IMG/VR virus record: IMGVR_UViG_3300020151_000934
Coordinates: 1 to 35,080 of that record
Length of the DNA stretch: 35,080 nt
Source of the DNA: a virus
Taxonomy: Duplodnaviria > Caudoviricetes
Strand: one strand, 5' to 3'
In this document: piece by piece, positions 26,372 to 35,080 of the stretch
How positions within the stretch are numbered: position 1 is the stretch's first letter
Layout: each line of letters starts with the position of its first letter
Position numbers and translations under genes: made by a program
Notes under the pieces: model-generated
The model's input: the letters and a program-made list of their open reading frames with translations, nothing else
The model's database searches: none
What the model was told of the DNA's origin: nothing

Positions 26372-27589
26372 ATGATAGTACAAAAAACAATAGATAAATT
26401 TTTAAATTGGAGAGAAAATAATCAAAATTACCTACAATTTGGAAGACCAAGTAAAAAAGCATTGCTTAAAAGACTTAACAGGGAAGGGTTTAATCTATGT
26501 CCAGAAGAGTTAAGTTTTTTACTTAAACAATCAGGAAGGAATTCATTTATAAAAGAAAAAGTAAATGAAGGCACTAATGTATGGGTTCCTACAGAAATGG
26601 TAGATACAGTTAAAGAATTAAACGCCATCTATCAAGAAAGTAAGAAACTAGGGTTAGATGTGGGAGACGTAAAGCATGGGTGGTTAAAAACACAAGATGC
26701 TTCAATGTTTTTTACTAATCCTTTATACAAGAAAAAGGAAGAAGATGGGTTTTATAATGAACTAATAGAAGATTTACAAAATTTTTCTCCCTCTTTTCCT
26801 GTAATAAAAAGGACCCCTAGCAGTGAGGGCCATCTATTAATCATAGATCCTGCTGATATTCATATCGGGAAGTTAGCTATGGCTTTTGAAACAGGAGACG
26901 AATATAACACTAAAATTGCAGTAGAAAGAGTTTTAAAAGGAGTACAGGGTATTTTAGACAAGACATCAGGATTTAATATTGACCAAATTCTTTTTGTAGG
27001 CGGAAACGATATTTTACACATTGATACCCCAAAAAGAACTACAACAAGTGGAACGCCACAAGATACAGACGGAATGTGGTATTCTAATTTCTTAGTAGCC
27101 AAACAGTTATATATAGATGTATTAATGATGTTAATGCCAGTGGCAGATGTTCATTTCACTTTTAACCCATCGAACCATGACTACACCAATGGCTTCTTTT
27201 TAGCAGATGTTATCAAAACATACTTTAAAGATTGTAAGAACATAACATTTGATTGTTCTATTGCCCACAGAAAGTATTATAAGTATTATAACAACTTAAT
27301 AGGAACCACTCATGGAGATGGGGCTAGACAAGCAGATTTGCCATTATTAATGGCTCATGAAAGTAAGGATTGGAGCGATTGTAAGCATAGATATATTTAT
27401 ACCCACCATGTGCACCACAAGACAGCAAAAGATCATATAGGGGTTACAATTGAAAGTTTGAGAAGTCCTAGTGCTTCAGATAGCTGGCATAGTAGAAATG
27501 GATATACAGGAGTTCCAAAGGCAATAGAAGGTTTTTTACATCATAAAGAATTTGGTCAAATAAGCCGAATTACGCATATATTTAACTAA
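26372..27589 (+). CDS. Calcineurin-like metallophosphoesterase
   Basis: Five motifs in order: ADIHIG, GGNDILH, SNHD, THGD, HHVHH. About 150-aa N-terminal extension. Confidence 0.88.
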   Translation: MIVQKTIDKFLNWRENNQNYLQFGRPSKKALLKRLNREGFNLCPEELSFLLKQSGRNSFIKEKVNEGTNVWVPTEMVDTVKELNAIYQESKKLGLDVGDVKHGWLKTQDASMFFTNPLYKKKEEDGFYNELIEDLQNFSPSFPVIKRTPSSEGHLLIIDPADIHIGKLAMAFETGDEYNTKIAVERVLKGVQGILDKTSGFNIDQILFVGGNDILHIDTPKRTTTSGTPQDTDGMWYSNFLVAKQLYIDVLMMLMPVADVHFTFNPSNHDYTNGFFLADVIKTYFKDCKNITFDCSIAHRKYYKYYNNLIGTTHGDGARQADLPLLMAHESKDWSDCKHRYIYTHHVHHKTAKDHIGVTIESLRSPSASDSWHSRNGYTGVPKAIEGFLHHKEFGQISRITHIFN

Positions 27590-27593
27590 GATT

Positions 27594-27788
27594 ATGACAA
27601 CTTTTTTCTATTCTAAAGGAGGTCCTATAAATAACAACCAAAGCAATAATGGTGAGGGAGAACAGGCTATAAATTTAATAGACATTTATAGATACTTTCT
27701 TTCTCACCCTTTATGCAAATTTAGAAACATGCCTTATCAAATTTTTTTAGCAAGTTATACAAATTGGTTAGAAGCGCAATATAATTAA
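27594..27788 (+). CDS. Hypothetical protein (64 aa)
   Basis: Fills the gap in the operon. Confidence 0.55.
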   Translation: MTTFFYSKGGPINNNQSNNGEGEQAINLIDIYRYFLSHPLCKFRNMPYQIFLASYTNWLEAQYN

Positions 27789-27800
27789 AAATAAAATATT

Positions 27801-28472
27801 ATGACAATAAGAGAAATTATAAGTGGTTATAGAGTACCTATAGATCATGGTCTTCCTACAGATGACACAGATTTTCCTACAAAATACATCTATCATTTAA
27901 TGAAATTAGCTAGAGCTAAGTTAATATATGACAGAATAAATGATCCTAGGTTTAATTATAATTTAGCTTTACAAACTTTAGAATGTGTGGAGCTTCAATT
28001 AGCAGAAACTAACGAATGTTGTGAAAAGATTCCTTCAGGATGCAAGTGGTTGAAATCAAAAAAACCTATACCTGAAACTATCAATAATATGATTAATAAA
28101 GTGTACAATGATAGGGGAGACACTTACAATAGAGTACTATCTGAGTCTTCTAACTCATTTAAAAGATATTCTTTTATTGAAGAAAGTGATTTTAAATATT
28201 TGATTAAAAATGGTTATTTATTTGTACCAGATTTAGATAGCCCTCAATGGGTAAAAATTGAAGGATTATTTTATGATGATGAAGTAATTAAAGCTACATG
28301 TGGGCCAGTGTGTGATTTATTAGACACAGAATTTCCTTTAGACAGCAGATTGGTCACAACTATGTATTCTATCATGAATGAAATGATAATGAAAGTATAT
28401 CCTTACTTTAAGAAGGATGTTACAAATGACAGCACAACTGATGATACATTAAATAATGCGAAAGGTAAGTAA
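27801..28472 (+). CDS. Putative tail ring protein
   Basis: YLIKNGYLFV, VKIEGLFYD and LDTEFPLD resemble crAss-like ring proteins; synteny with the IHF-like, tubular and muzzle genes. Confidence 0.65.
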   Translation: MTIREIISGYRVPIDHGLPTDDTDFPTKYIYHLMKLARAKLIYDRINDPRFNYNLALQTLECVELQLAETNECCEKIPSGCKWLKSKKPIPETINNMINKVYNDRGDTYNRVLSESSNSFKRYSFIEESDFKYLIKNGYLFVPDLDSPQWVKIEGLFYDDEVIKATCGPVCDLLDTEFPLDSRLVTTMYSIMNEMIMKVYPYFKKDVTNDSTTDDTLNNAKGK

Positions 28473-28839
28473 TAAACCAAAGCCTTTTTATTCTCTAACT
28501 CAAGTAGCAAAGGATAGCAATTTTGAGGATAAGCAAACCTATAAAAGAGTTGTAGAGGAGATATTTAAAGTTGCGGGAGAAAAACTTATATATAAAAATA
28601 GAGTTAGTCTTGCGGGATTGGGTGTATTTTATTTAAGTGCTTATAAGTCTAATAAGAGATTAGTAGATTTTGGGATGACAAAAAAACTAGGTAAAACTAT
28701 TTATTATACAAATTTTCATTCAAATAGGGTTAGGTATAAAATATCTTGGGGAAAAAGTATAAGAACAAAGTATTATCTTTTTAAACCATATAGATTTTTA
28801 AACCGAGAATTAGCTAAAAAAATAATAAACGATGATTAA
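28456..28839 (+). CDS. IHF/HU-like basic DNA-binding protein
   Basis: Helices followed by RVSLAGLGVFYL (HU motif V.L.GFG.F) and FKPYRFL; very basic. Crassvirales carry IHF-like genes at this position. Confidence 0.7.
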   Translation: MRKVSNKPKPFYSLTQVAKDSNFEDKQTYKRVVEEIFKVAGEKLIYKNRVSLAGLGVFYLSAYKSNKRLVDFGMTKKLGKTIYYTNFHSNRVRYKISWGKSIRTKYYLFKPYRFLNRELAKKIINDD

Positions 28840-29782
28840 CATAGAACTAGTACCTATAAGTACTGTAATTGAAAACTGGAAACAAATTGCAGTATCAGAA
28901 TTAAATTTTAACGAAGATCTACTTACTGAGTGGATCTTAGATGCTTATAATGATATTGGAACTTATAAGCAATATAAAGAAAGAGTACAGAGACTTAAAG
29001 TGAGAAACTACAAGGCACAACTTCCTTGTGGATTTAGACAGTCTTTATATGTATTGGCACAGCCTTTACGCCCTCAAGAAGAAGCTTTTTTCTTGACAGA
29101 ATACATTAGACAGGAACCAGGAAATGAAAACTGTACCTGGGAGTATAAAAGAGTTTGTAAGTGCCCTGAAGATAAACATTGTAGTTGTGAACAAAACTAC
29201 ATAGAAACAGCAGGATACTTATTTATCAATAATTTAGAAAGAGCGAAGGGTTTCAAGTTTGCAACAGTGCAAGACTTTACGCAATGGTATTCTACAAATC
29301 CAAGAAAATGGGTGGTATTGCAGCCTCAAAAAAATGAAGTATCCCTTTTAAACTATAGAGAATTAGGCATTCATTTAAATCCTTCACATTCTTTTACTAT
29401 AGATAATGGATATATTATAACAGACTTTAAAGAAGCCGATCTATTGATTGGTTATTTAGGTATACCAATAGGAGAAGATGGTCTTCCTTTAGTTCCCAAT
29501 ATGGGAAGTTATACAAATGCTTTGATTGCGGCCTTAGAAAGAAAATTTGCTTATATACAATATAGAAAAAGTAGAAGTGGGGCTGATTTAAATTTCTTCC
29601 AACTATCTGATAGAGAATATTCAAAATGGAAAGTTAAAGCGAGAGAAGATATGAATGCTCAAACATTTGAAGAAATGTGGGCTATGGGAGAAGCTACAAA
29701 TCAATTTTTGGTCCCTAACGAATATCATGGTTTAGATCAGAGAAAATCACAAAAAATAAATAACGGATTTACAAGATATTAA
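28832..29782 (+). CDS. Tail tubular/ring protein
   Basis: VRNYKAQLPC, FTIDNGYIITDF and YLGIPIGEDGLPLVP; directly before the muzzle gene. Confidence 0.7.
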   Translation: MINIELVPISTVIENWKQIAVSELNFNEDLLTEWILDAYNDIGTYKQYKERVQRLKVRNYKAQLPCGFRQSLYVLAQPLRPQEEAFFLTEYIRQEPGNENCTWEYKRVCKCPEDKHCSCEQNYIETAGYLFINNLERAKGFKFATVQDFTQWYSTNPRKWVVLQPQKNEVSLLNYRELGIHLNPSHSFTIDNGYIITDFKEADLLIGYLGIPIGEDGLPLVPNMGSYTNALIAALERKFAYIQYRKSRSGADLNFFQLSDREYSKWKVKAREDMNAQTFEEMWAMGEATNQFLVPNEYHGLDQRKSQKINNGFTRY

Positions 29783-29793
29783 TAAGTTAATGT

Positions 29794-32700
29794 ATGGCAG
29801 AGCAAAATAACAATAACACAAGAAGTCTTCAAGATGTAAAAAATTATACCTTCACCAAGGGTATGAATGATGATGCTTCTCCAGAAGCCCAGCCTGCAGA
29901 TACCTACAGAGCGGCTTTGAATATGGTGAAAGAATCTTCTGAAGGAGATGAAAACTTTTTAACCACAGAGTATTCTAATGCGTTTAGAATAAAGCTTCCA
30001 GGAAAAGTTTTACATTCTAATTTGATTAAGCAATTAAATCAAGTTGTAGTATTCTTGCACACAAATCAAATAGGATTATATGACCCTAATTTAAATACTT
30101 ACACTACTTTGTATTCAGATCCTGCATTAGATCTTTCTATATACTTAGAATCAGTGTCATTTACAAAAACAGAATGTGAAGATATTGTTCTTATTTTTTG
30201 GGATGGTAAAAATAGAGTGAGAAATATTAATGTAACTAAGTATCTAAAAGAAGGCCCAGGATCAGGTAATGTAGAAGATTTAGACTTATTTAAAACTGCT
30301 GAAACTTGTATTAATTTAGCAGATGTAAGTTTTATTGAGAATGCTGCTTATAATGTAGATGCTGGAGTTTATAGGCCTTTTATTCAATATGAAGATATTG
30401 ATGGTAATACTACTAACTATTACATTATAAATGAAAATATCCCATTAATAGAAGATAGTATCTCTGGAACATTTCAATATATTGACGGTAACCCGTCTAA
30501 GATTTTAAATAAAAGTATTGTATTATTGTTTAATAATGTAGACACTAAATACCCTTTTATGAACATAGGGTTTATAAAAACAGTTAATGGGGTGTCTACT
30601 TCTTTTATATTTAAAAGACTACAACCTGTTACAGAAAATATGACGGTTACTTACGGGGGAGATATTACTTTTACTCAAACAGTAGATTTGGCCGAAGTTT
30701 TAAATAAAAGAGCTTTTTATGTTTCTGCAAAGCATGGATTGATTTATAATAATAAACTATTAATTGCGGGAGTAAGAGGTATTAAAAATGTTGATTATCA
30801 GCCTTATGCAAATGATATAACTGTAAAATATGTTACAGGTAAAATAAATTTAAGTAGAACAAAAGGATACAAAAATCCTGAACATATTATTCATCATAAG
30901 TCTTGGATGAGAGATGAAAACTATATGATTGGAATTGTTTTAGAATTTGAGGATATGTCAGAGTCTCCTGTATTTCCTCTAATTAATAGAAAGTATGATA
31001 ATTTTCCTGAATTTGGACAACCTGGTAGACCTGAAACTAATGATACAGTCCTATGTTGTACAGATGATAGAAAATATTGGAAAGAAGTAAATACTGCTAA
31101 GAGAACTATGTATAATCATTTTGCTGGAGACCTTAGTGTCACTGATTTTTGTTCAGGAACTATAGATACAGAAAGTAATAATGTTAGATCTGAGGGATAT
31201 TTAGGTTATTTTGAATCAGAAGAAAGATACCCTGTAATACCTAGATGTGGAGACAATACAGGATCATTAAATCCTGATGATTATATGTATCCTATTGAAG
31301 TTATAGATGGTAAGGTTTTTGGAAAGCATATTACATTGTTTAAAATGCCAGATTCTACTATTGAACCTTTTCATAATAATCTGACAGATACTTATGCTAT
31401 TGAGGAAAATAAAAACAGATATGATAGTAAATATGATAGCTTAGAAATATATCCTCTAGGTATTAAATTAGAAGGGGTAGAAATGCCTACACTAGAAGAA
31501 ACTGGAGGAGTTAAAGTTACAGGATATAGAGTGGTATATGTAAGAAGAGATACTTTTAATAAATCAGTACAAGATAAGGGTTGGTTTGTTGAAATGTTCA
31601 AAAACAATCTTAATGGACAAGATTTTATATATCCTAAACATAATGTTAATGCCGCAGCTAAATGGGATTATTTTTCAAATCTTAGAGATAAAACTATAGA
31701 AACTTCTAGTCCTATTCAAGACTTTGTTGCAAACTGTGGATATGGTACACATTATGATAATGGTATTATGTTTTATGGGGGAAACACACTGTTTTCTCAA
31801 CAAGGATTAAACGTAAATCATGTTAAGATAGAGCAGCAGTATAATACCGTAGGATATTATATAGATTCTGTAAATGGAGTAAATACTACTCCTGGAGGAA
31901 GTGCTGGTGCTGGGGTGATAGATCCTTCTACATTTAAAGATAAAGATGGTAGATTGAGATCTGCTGCAGTTCAAATATATAACTTTTATGATTATGGATA
32001 TGTACAATCTGATAATATAAGTATAGATAGAAGCAAAGGATATTTTAATAGAACAGAAGATATTTATCAATTTAAAAATATTTGTACAGATAATTATTCT
32101 TATGTAAATGATAATGTAATCTTAAATAAAATATTAAACTCTGAATATTCTTTAGTTAATTTTTACAGAGAAAGTGGTGTTTATTTAGATTTTAATAATC
32201 CTACAGATTTGTCATTTAATAAAAATTATAAATCTTATTATAATCAAACTTTTACTGTAGCGAGCACTACTACAGTAACTATTACGGTTAATGCTGCTAT
32301 TTCTATTGGGCAAATAGTAACTATTACAGACTTAGGCTCTTGTAGTTCTAGTTCTATATTTGGACCTATAGGTAGACAGTTTAGTGTTGTTAATAGTACT
32401 ACATTACAAGTAATAGGGACTCCTTTTACTTTACCCCAAGTGGGCAGTACTTGTAATACTATTGACTATAATGTAACTATTATTAGACAATATTTCAACT
32501 CAGATACAAGTAGTAAGAAATGTTTTACCGCTTCAGGGGGAAGTTCTCTTCCATTTACTCTTAATACAGTAAATAATTATACTATATTAAATTCTACTCA
32601 AATAAGACTTAACGGTCAAACCCCAGGTACTTATGTTGTAAATGAAAGATATTTTGTTTATGCTCCAGGAGTATTCTCTCCTTTATTACCAGGAGATGAA

Positions 32701-35064
32701 TTTGAAGTTACAAGTCTAGGCCCTATTTCTGGATTTCCTCCAACGCAAACTGTTACACTTACAAAGATAAACTCAGGTCCTATTGGATCAATAAGTTCTA
32801 CCTTTAATTTTTTACTGTTGCAAAAAATACCTAACTTTGCAGCAGAACAAACTTTTACAGTAGCTACTGGAAGTACTGTAACTTATAATAATAACTACCC
32901 TGTAGGCACCACAATTACTGTAAGTAATTCTACTAACCCTTCAATAATAGCTAATACAAATACTTTTATTGTAACAAATAGCACTACTTTAACTTTAACG
33001 GGGGGTCCTCCTCTTACTTTAATAGGGTCTACTGCTGATGTTTTTGTGACAGCTTCCGCTCCTTTTGTTCCATCAGGTGTTTCTTATTTTGATGATTATT
33101 TGGATAATACTACTGCCACAGGAATATTAGATGAATGTAATATTGGTTATATTTATTATGGGTCTATAAAAAATAATCTACCAAGACAATATGGAAGTAT
33201 TGATGATATGTTTTTTATTGATACAGGATTAAAGGCATGTGCAAACCAAAAAACTTTAACAGGATTTTACGGAGATAGTTATATAAATACTTTTTCTTTT
33301 GTAAGAACAGGTGTTACAGGTATGTTAGAGGATTCTTTTATAGATGATAATAGTGCTGCTTGGATGGATAGAAATGATGCTACATATACAATTCAACAAA
33401 TTATAGGAAGAGGTAAAGATTCTTATCTTTTAAATCTCTACTTAGCACAAAAGGCTAATGTAACTCTTATAAATACAGTTACAGAGTCTGACGTAAACTT
33501 AGACCTAAGATATGAAGGACCTACTTTTAATGAAGTATATTACCCTAAATTATCTAATGGTAAATATTATCTATTCTCTACAAGAAAAAATGAATATGCA
33601 GAAGATTGTTATTTAAATACTTATTTTTATGAGTTAATTTGTAGGGACCAAAACGATAATTGTACATCTACTAATTATGATGAAGTAGAGTATAATGATG
33701 CTTATAAAAACTTCCATAACAATAAAATAAATCTAAATAATGATTATAATGAGTTGAATGGGATGAGGTTTAAGCTATTTAAGCCTATTAATGCTCAATA
33801 TAAAACTTGTGATTGTGATGCAGAATATGACAATAGAATCGCCATATCAACTGCAGATAATCAATCAGTTGGAAGATTAAATTATAGCAAGTTTCTTACA
33901 AATAGTTTTGTCACTCTTCCTCACAAAGAAGGAAAGATAACAAACTTATTTAAAGAGAGTCAAGTTTTATATGCACATACTACAGATAATATTTGGAGAC
34001 TATTGACTCTTGAGTCAAAATTACAGGCAGATAATAATCTAGTGTATTTAGGTACAAATGATTTTCTAAGTGCACAACAATTAGAGTTGTTTGCATCTAA
34101 TGAAGGTTATATGGGATTGCAAGATAAAAGATTTTCTTTCCAAAACAATACTGGATATTTCTTTGCAGACTTAAAAAGCCAAACATTAAACCTAATGTCT
34201 GGAGGTAAATTAGACGCAGTTTCTACTTACGGTATGAATAGCTTCTTTAAGAATCAATGGAATACATACTTTAATTCTTACGGGGCTTCTACAAACACTA
34301 ACTTACCTATTATACCTCAATCAAACCCAGATTTATCCACAGTGGAGATTTATTTTGGATATGATTATAGACATAGAAGACTTCTTCTAACAGATAAGAC
34401 AAATGGGTTTACTATTAGTTATTATCCAGAAGATAAAGCGTTTTTCTCTTTCCATTCTTACCTTCCAATGGCATATATTCAGAATAGAGATACTTTCTTT
34501 ACTCAGGATGATAATTATAATCTTTATATACACGAAGATAACTTTAATTCTTATAGAAAATTCTACGGAGTTAATTACCCTTCACTGATAGATGCAGTAT
34601 TTACCTATCATCCATTGGTATACACAACACTTAACAATGTTGGTATGAAAATAGATGCGTATAAAAATGTTAATGGACAGTTGTTGATTACTAACGAAAT
34701 CCCTACAAGTTTGCAGGTTTGGACTAGCAGACAACATAGTGGTGAAATAATGTTAAAAACTCCTATTAATGCTGATTACATGGAGAATGTTGTACTAAAT
34801 AATCAACCTAACCCCATAATAAACGGTATTGTATATTGTAATAACTTGGCTAACTATGTATTAGACGATACTGTCAATTTTGTTACTGGAGATATTTTCC
34901 CAGTTGCTAATGCCAATGTGAGTTTTTCTAAGAATTGGACTGAGGTAGACAGGATTGAAAACAACTTTTTCAATTATAGAGTCAAGATAGACAACAAAGA
35001 TTTAGAAAATTTAAAATTTATACTTAAATTTACAGTTCTTAACTACAACATATCCATGCGTTAA
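29794..35064 (+). CDS. Tail stabilisation/muzzle protein (P22 gp10-like role)
   Basis: N-terminal FTKGMNDD...YRAALN, SWMRDENYMIGIV, C-terminal FTISYY...FFSFHSYLP, typical of crAss-like muzzle proteins. 1756 aa. Confidence 0.8.
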   Translation: MAEQNNNNTRSLQDVKNYTFTKGMNDDASPEAQPADTYRAALNMVKESSEGDENFLTTEYSNAFRIKLPGKVLHSNLIKQLNQVVVFLHTNQIGLYDPNLNTYTTLYSDPALDLSIYLESVSFTKTECEDIVLIFWDGKNRVRNINVTKYLKEGPGSGNVEDLDLFKTAETCINLADVSFIENAAYNVDAGVYRPFIQYEDIDGNTTNYYIINENIPLIEDSISGTFQYIDGNPSKILNKSIVLLFNNVDTKYPFMNIGFIKTVNGVSTSFIFKRLQPVTENMTVTYGGDITFTQTVDLAEVLNKRAFYVSAKHGLIYNNKLLIAGVRGIKNVDYQPYANDITVKYVTGKINLSRTKGYKNPEHIIHHKSWMRDENYMIGIVLEFEDMSESPVFPLINRKYDNFPEFGQPGRPETNDTVLCCTDDRKYWKEVNTAKRTMYNHFAGDLSVTDFCSGTIDTESNNVRSEGYLGYFESEERYPVIPRCGDNTGSLNPDDYMYPIEVIDGKVFGKHITLFKMPDSTIEPFHNNLTDTYAIEENKNRYDSKYDSLEIYPLGIKLEGVEMPTLEETGGVKVTGYRVVYVRRDTFNKSVQDKGWFVEMFKNNLNGQDFIYPKHNVNAAAKWDYFSNLRDKTIETSSPIQDFVANCGYGTHYDNGIMFYGGNTLFSQQGLNVNHVKIEQQYNTVGYYIDSVNGVNTTPGGSAGAGVIDPSTFKDKDGRLRSAAVQIYNFYDYGYVQSDNISIDRSKGYFNRTEDIYQFKNICTDNYSYVNDNVILNKILNSEYSLVNFYRESGVYLDFNNPTDLSFNKNYKSYYNQTFTVASTTTVTITVNAAISIGQIVTITDLGSCSSSSIFGPIGRQFSVVNSTTLQVIGTPFTLPQVGSTCNTIDYNVTIIRQYFNSDTSSKKCFTASGGSSLPFTLNTVNNYTILNSTQIRLNGQTPGTYVVNERYFVYAPGVFSPLLPGDEFEVTSLGPISGFPPTQTVTLTKINSGPIGSISSTFNFLLLQKIPNFAAEQTFTVATGSTVTYNNNYPVGTTITVSNSTNPSIIANTNTFIVTNSTTLTLTGGPPLTLIGSTADVFVTASAPFVPSGVSYFDDYLDNTTATGILDECNIGYIYYGSIKNNLPRQYGSIDDMFFIDTGLKACANQKTLTGFYGDSYINTFSFVRTGVTGMLEDSFIDDNSAAWMDRNDATYTIQQIIGRGKDSYLLNLYLAQKANVTLINTVTESDVNLDLRYEGPTFNEVYYPKLSNGKYYLFSTRKNEYAEDCYLNTYFYELICRDQNDNCTSTNYDEVEYNDAYKNFHNNKINLNNDYNELNGMRFKLFKPINAQYKTCDCDAEYDNRIAISTADNQSVGRLNYSKFLTNSFVTLPHKEGKITNLFKESQVLYAHTTDNIWRLLTLESKLQADNNLVYLGTNDFLSAQQLELFASNEGYMGLQDKRFSFQNNTGYFFADLKSQTLNLMSGGKLDAVSTYGMNSFFKNQWNTYFNSYGASTNTNLPIIPQSNPDLSTVEIYFGYDYRHRRLLLTDKTNGFTISYYPEDKAFFSFHSYLPMAYIQNRDTFFTQDDNYNLYIHEDNFNSYRKFYGVNYPSLIDAVFTYHPLVYTTLNNVGMKIDAYKNVNGQLLITNEIPTSLQVWTSRQHSGEIMLKTPINADYMENVVLNNQPNPIINGIVYCNNLANYVLDDTVNFVTGDIFPVANANVSFSKNWTEVDRIENNFFNYRVKIDNKDLENLKFILKFTVLNYNISMR

Positions 35065-35080
35065 TGGCTAAAGGTAAAAA
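35064..35080 (+). CDS. Start of the next ORF (MAKGK...), truncated
   Basis: TAATG overlap with the muzzle stop codon. Confidence 0.5.

Noticed and set aside
1459-32070. All minus-strand ORFs in the track
   Set aside because: They are short shadows lying opposite well-supported + strand genes, with no recognisable motifs.
34403-34588. 61-aa + strand ORF inside the muzzle gene
   Set aside because: Alternate-frame ORF with no supporting signals.
1-35080. Stop-codon reassignment as in some Crassvirales
   Set aside because: Long genes are intact under code 11. TGA (721, 1741) and TAG (15814, 17719, 24467) end genes at tight junctions, and no suppressor tRNA was seen.

Overview
AT-rich, gene-dense window with all credible genes on the + strand. 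It is the packaging, head, tail and lysis module of a Crassvirales-like (crAss-like) podophage. A Bacteroidota host is inferred from TAnnTTTG promoter elements and A-rich leaders without Shine-Dalgarno sites. Gene order: SET-domain gene, TerL, portal, acidic scaffold, major capsid protein, degenerate tRNA(CAT), ring and auxiliary capsid proteins, a block of Cys-rich fibre/spike genes with phoH inside it, a lysis cassette (holin, membrane protein, GH19 endolysin, spanin candidate, M15 peptidase), a 650-bp non-coding island, a metallophosphoesterase, then ring, IHF-like, tail tubular and 1756-aa muzzle genes. The genetic code is standard and no intron, intein or CRISPR array was seen. The most interesting signals are non-coding: (1) a promoter-driven structured RNA at ~25760-26275 with GAAA tetraloops and an exact 11-nt tetraloop receptor (CCUAAG/UAUGG); (2) a GU-rich 3'UTR segment before a terminator (12508-12560) that is complementary to CA-rich leaders of three other phage genes; (3) a pseudo-tRNA after the capsid gene; (4) a repeated 31-bp promoter variant. 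All calls come from reading motifs and synteny by eye; no searches were run.
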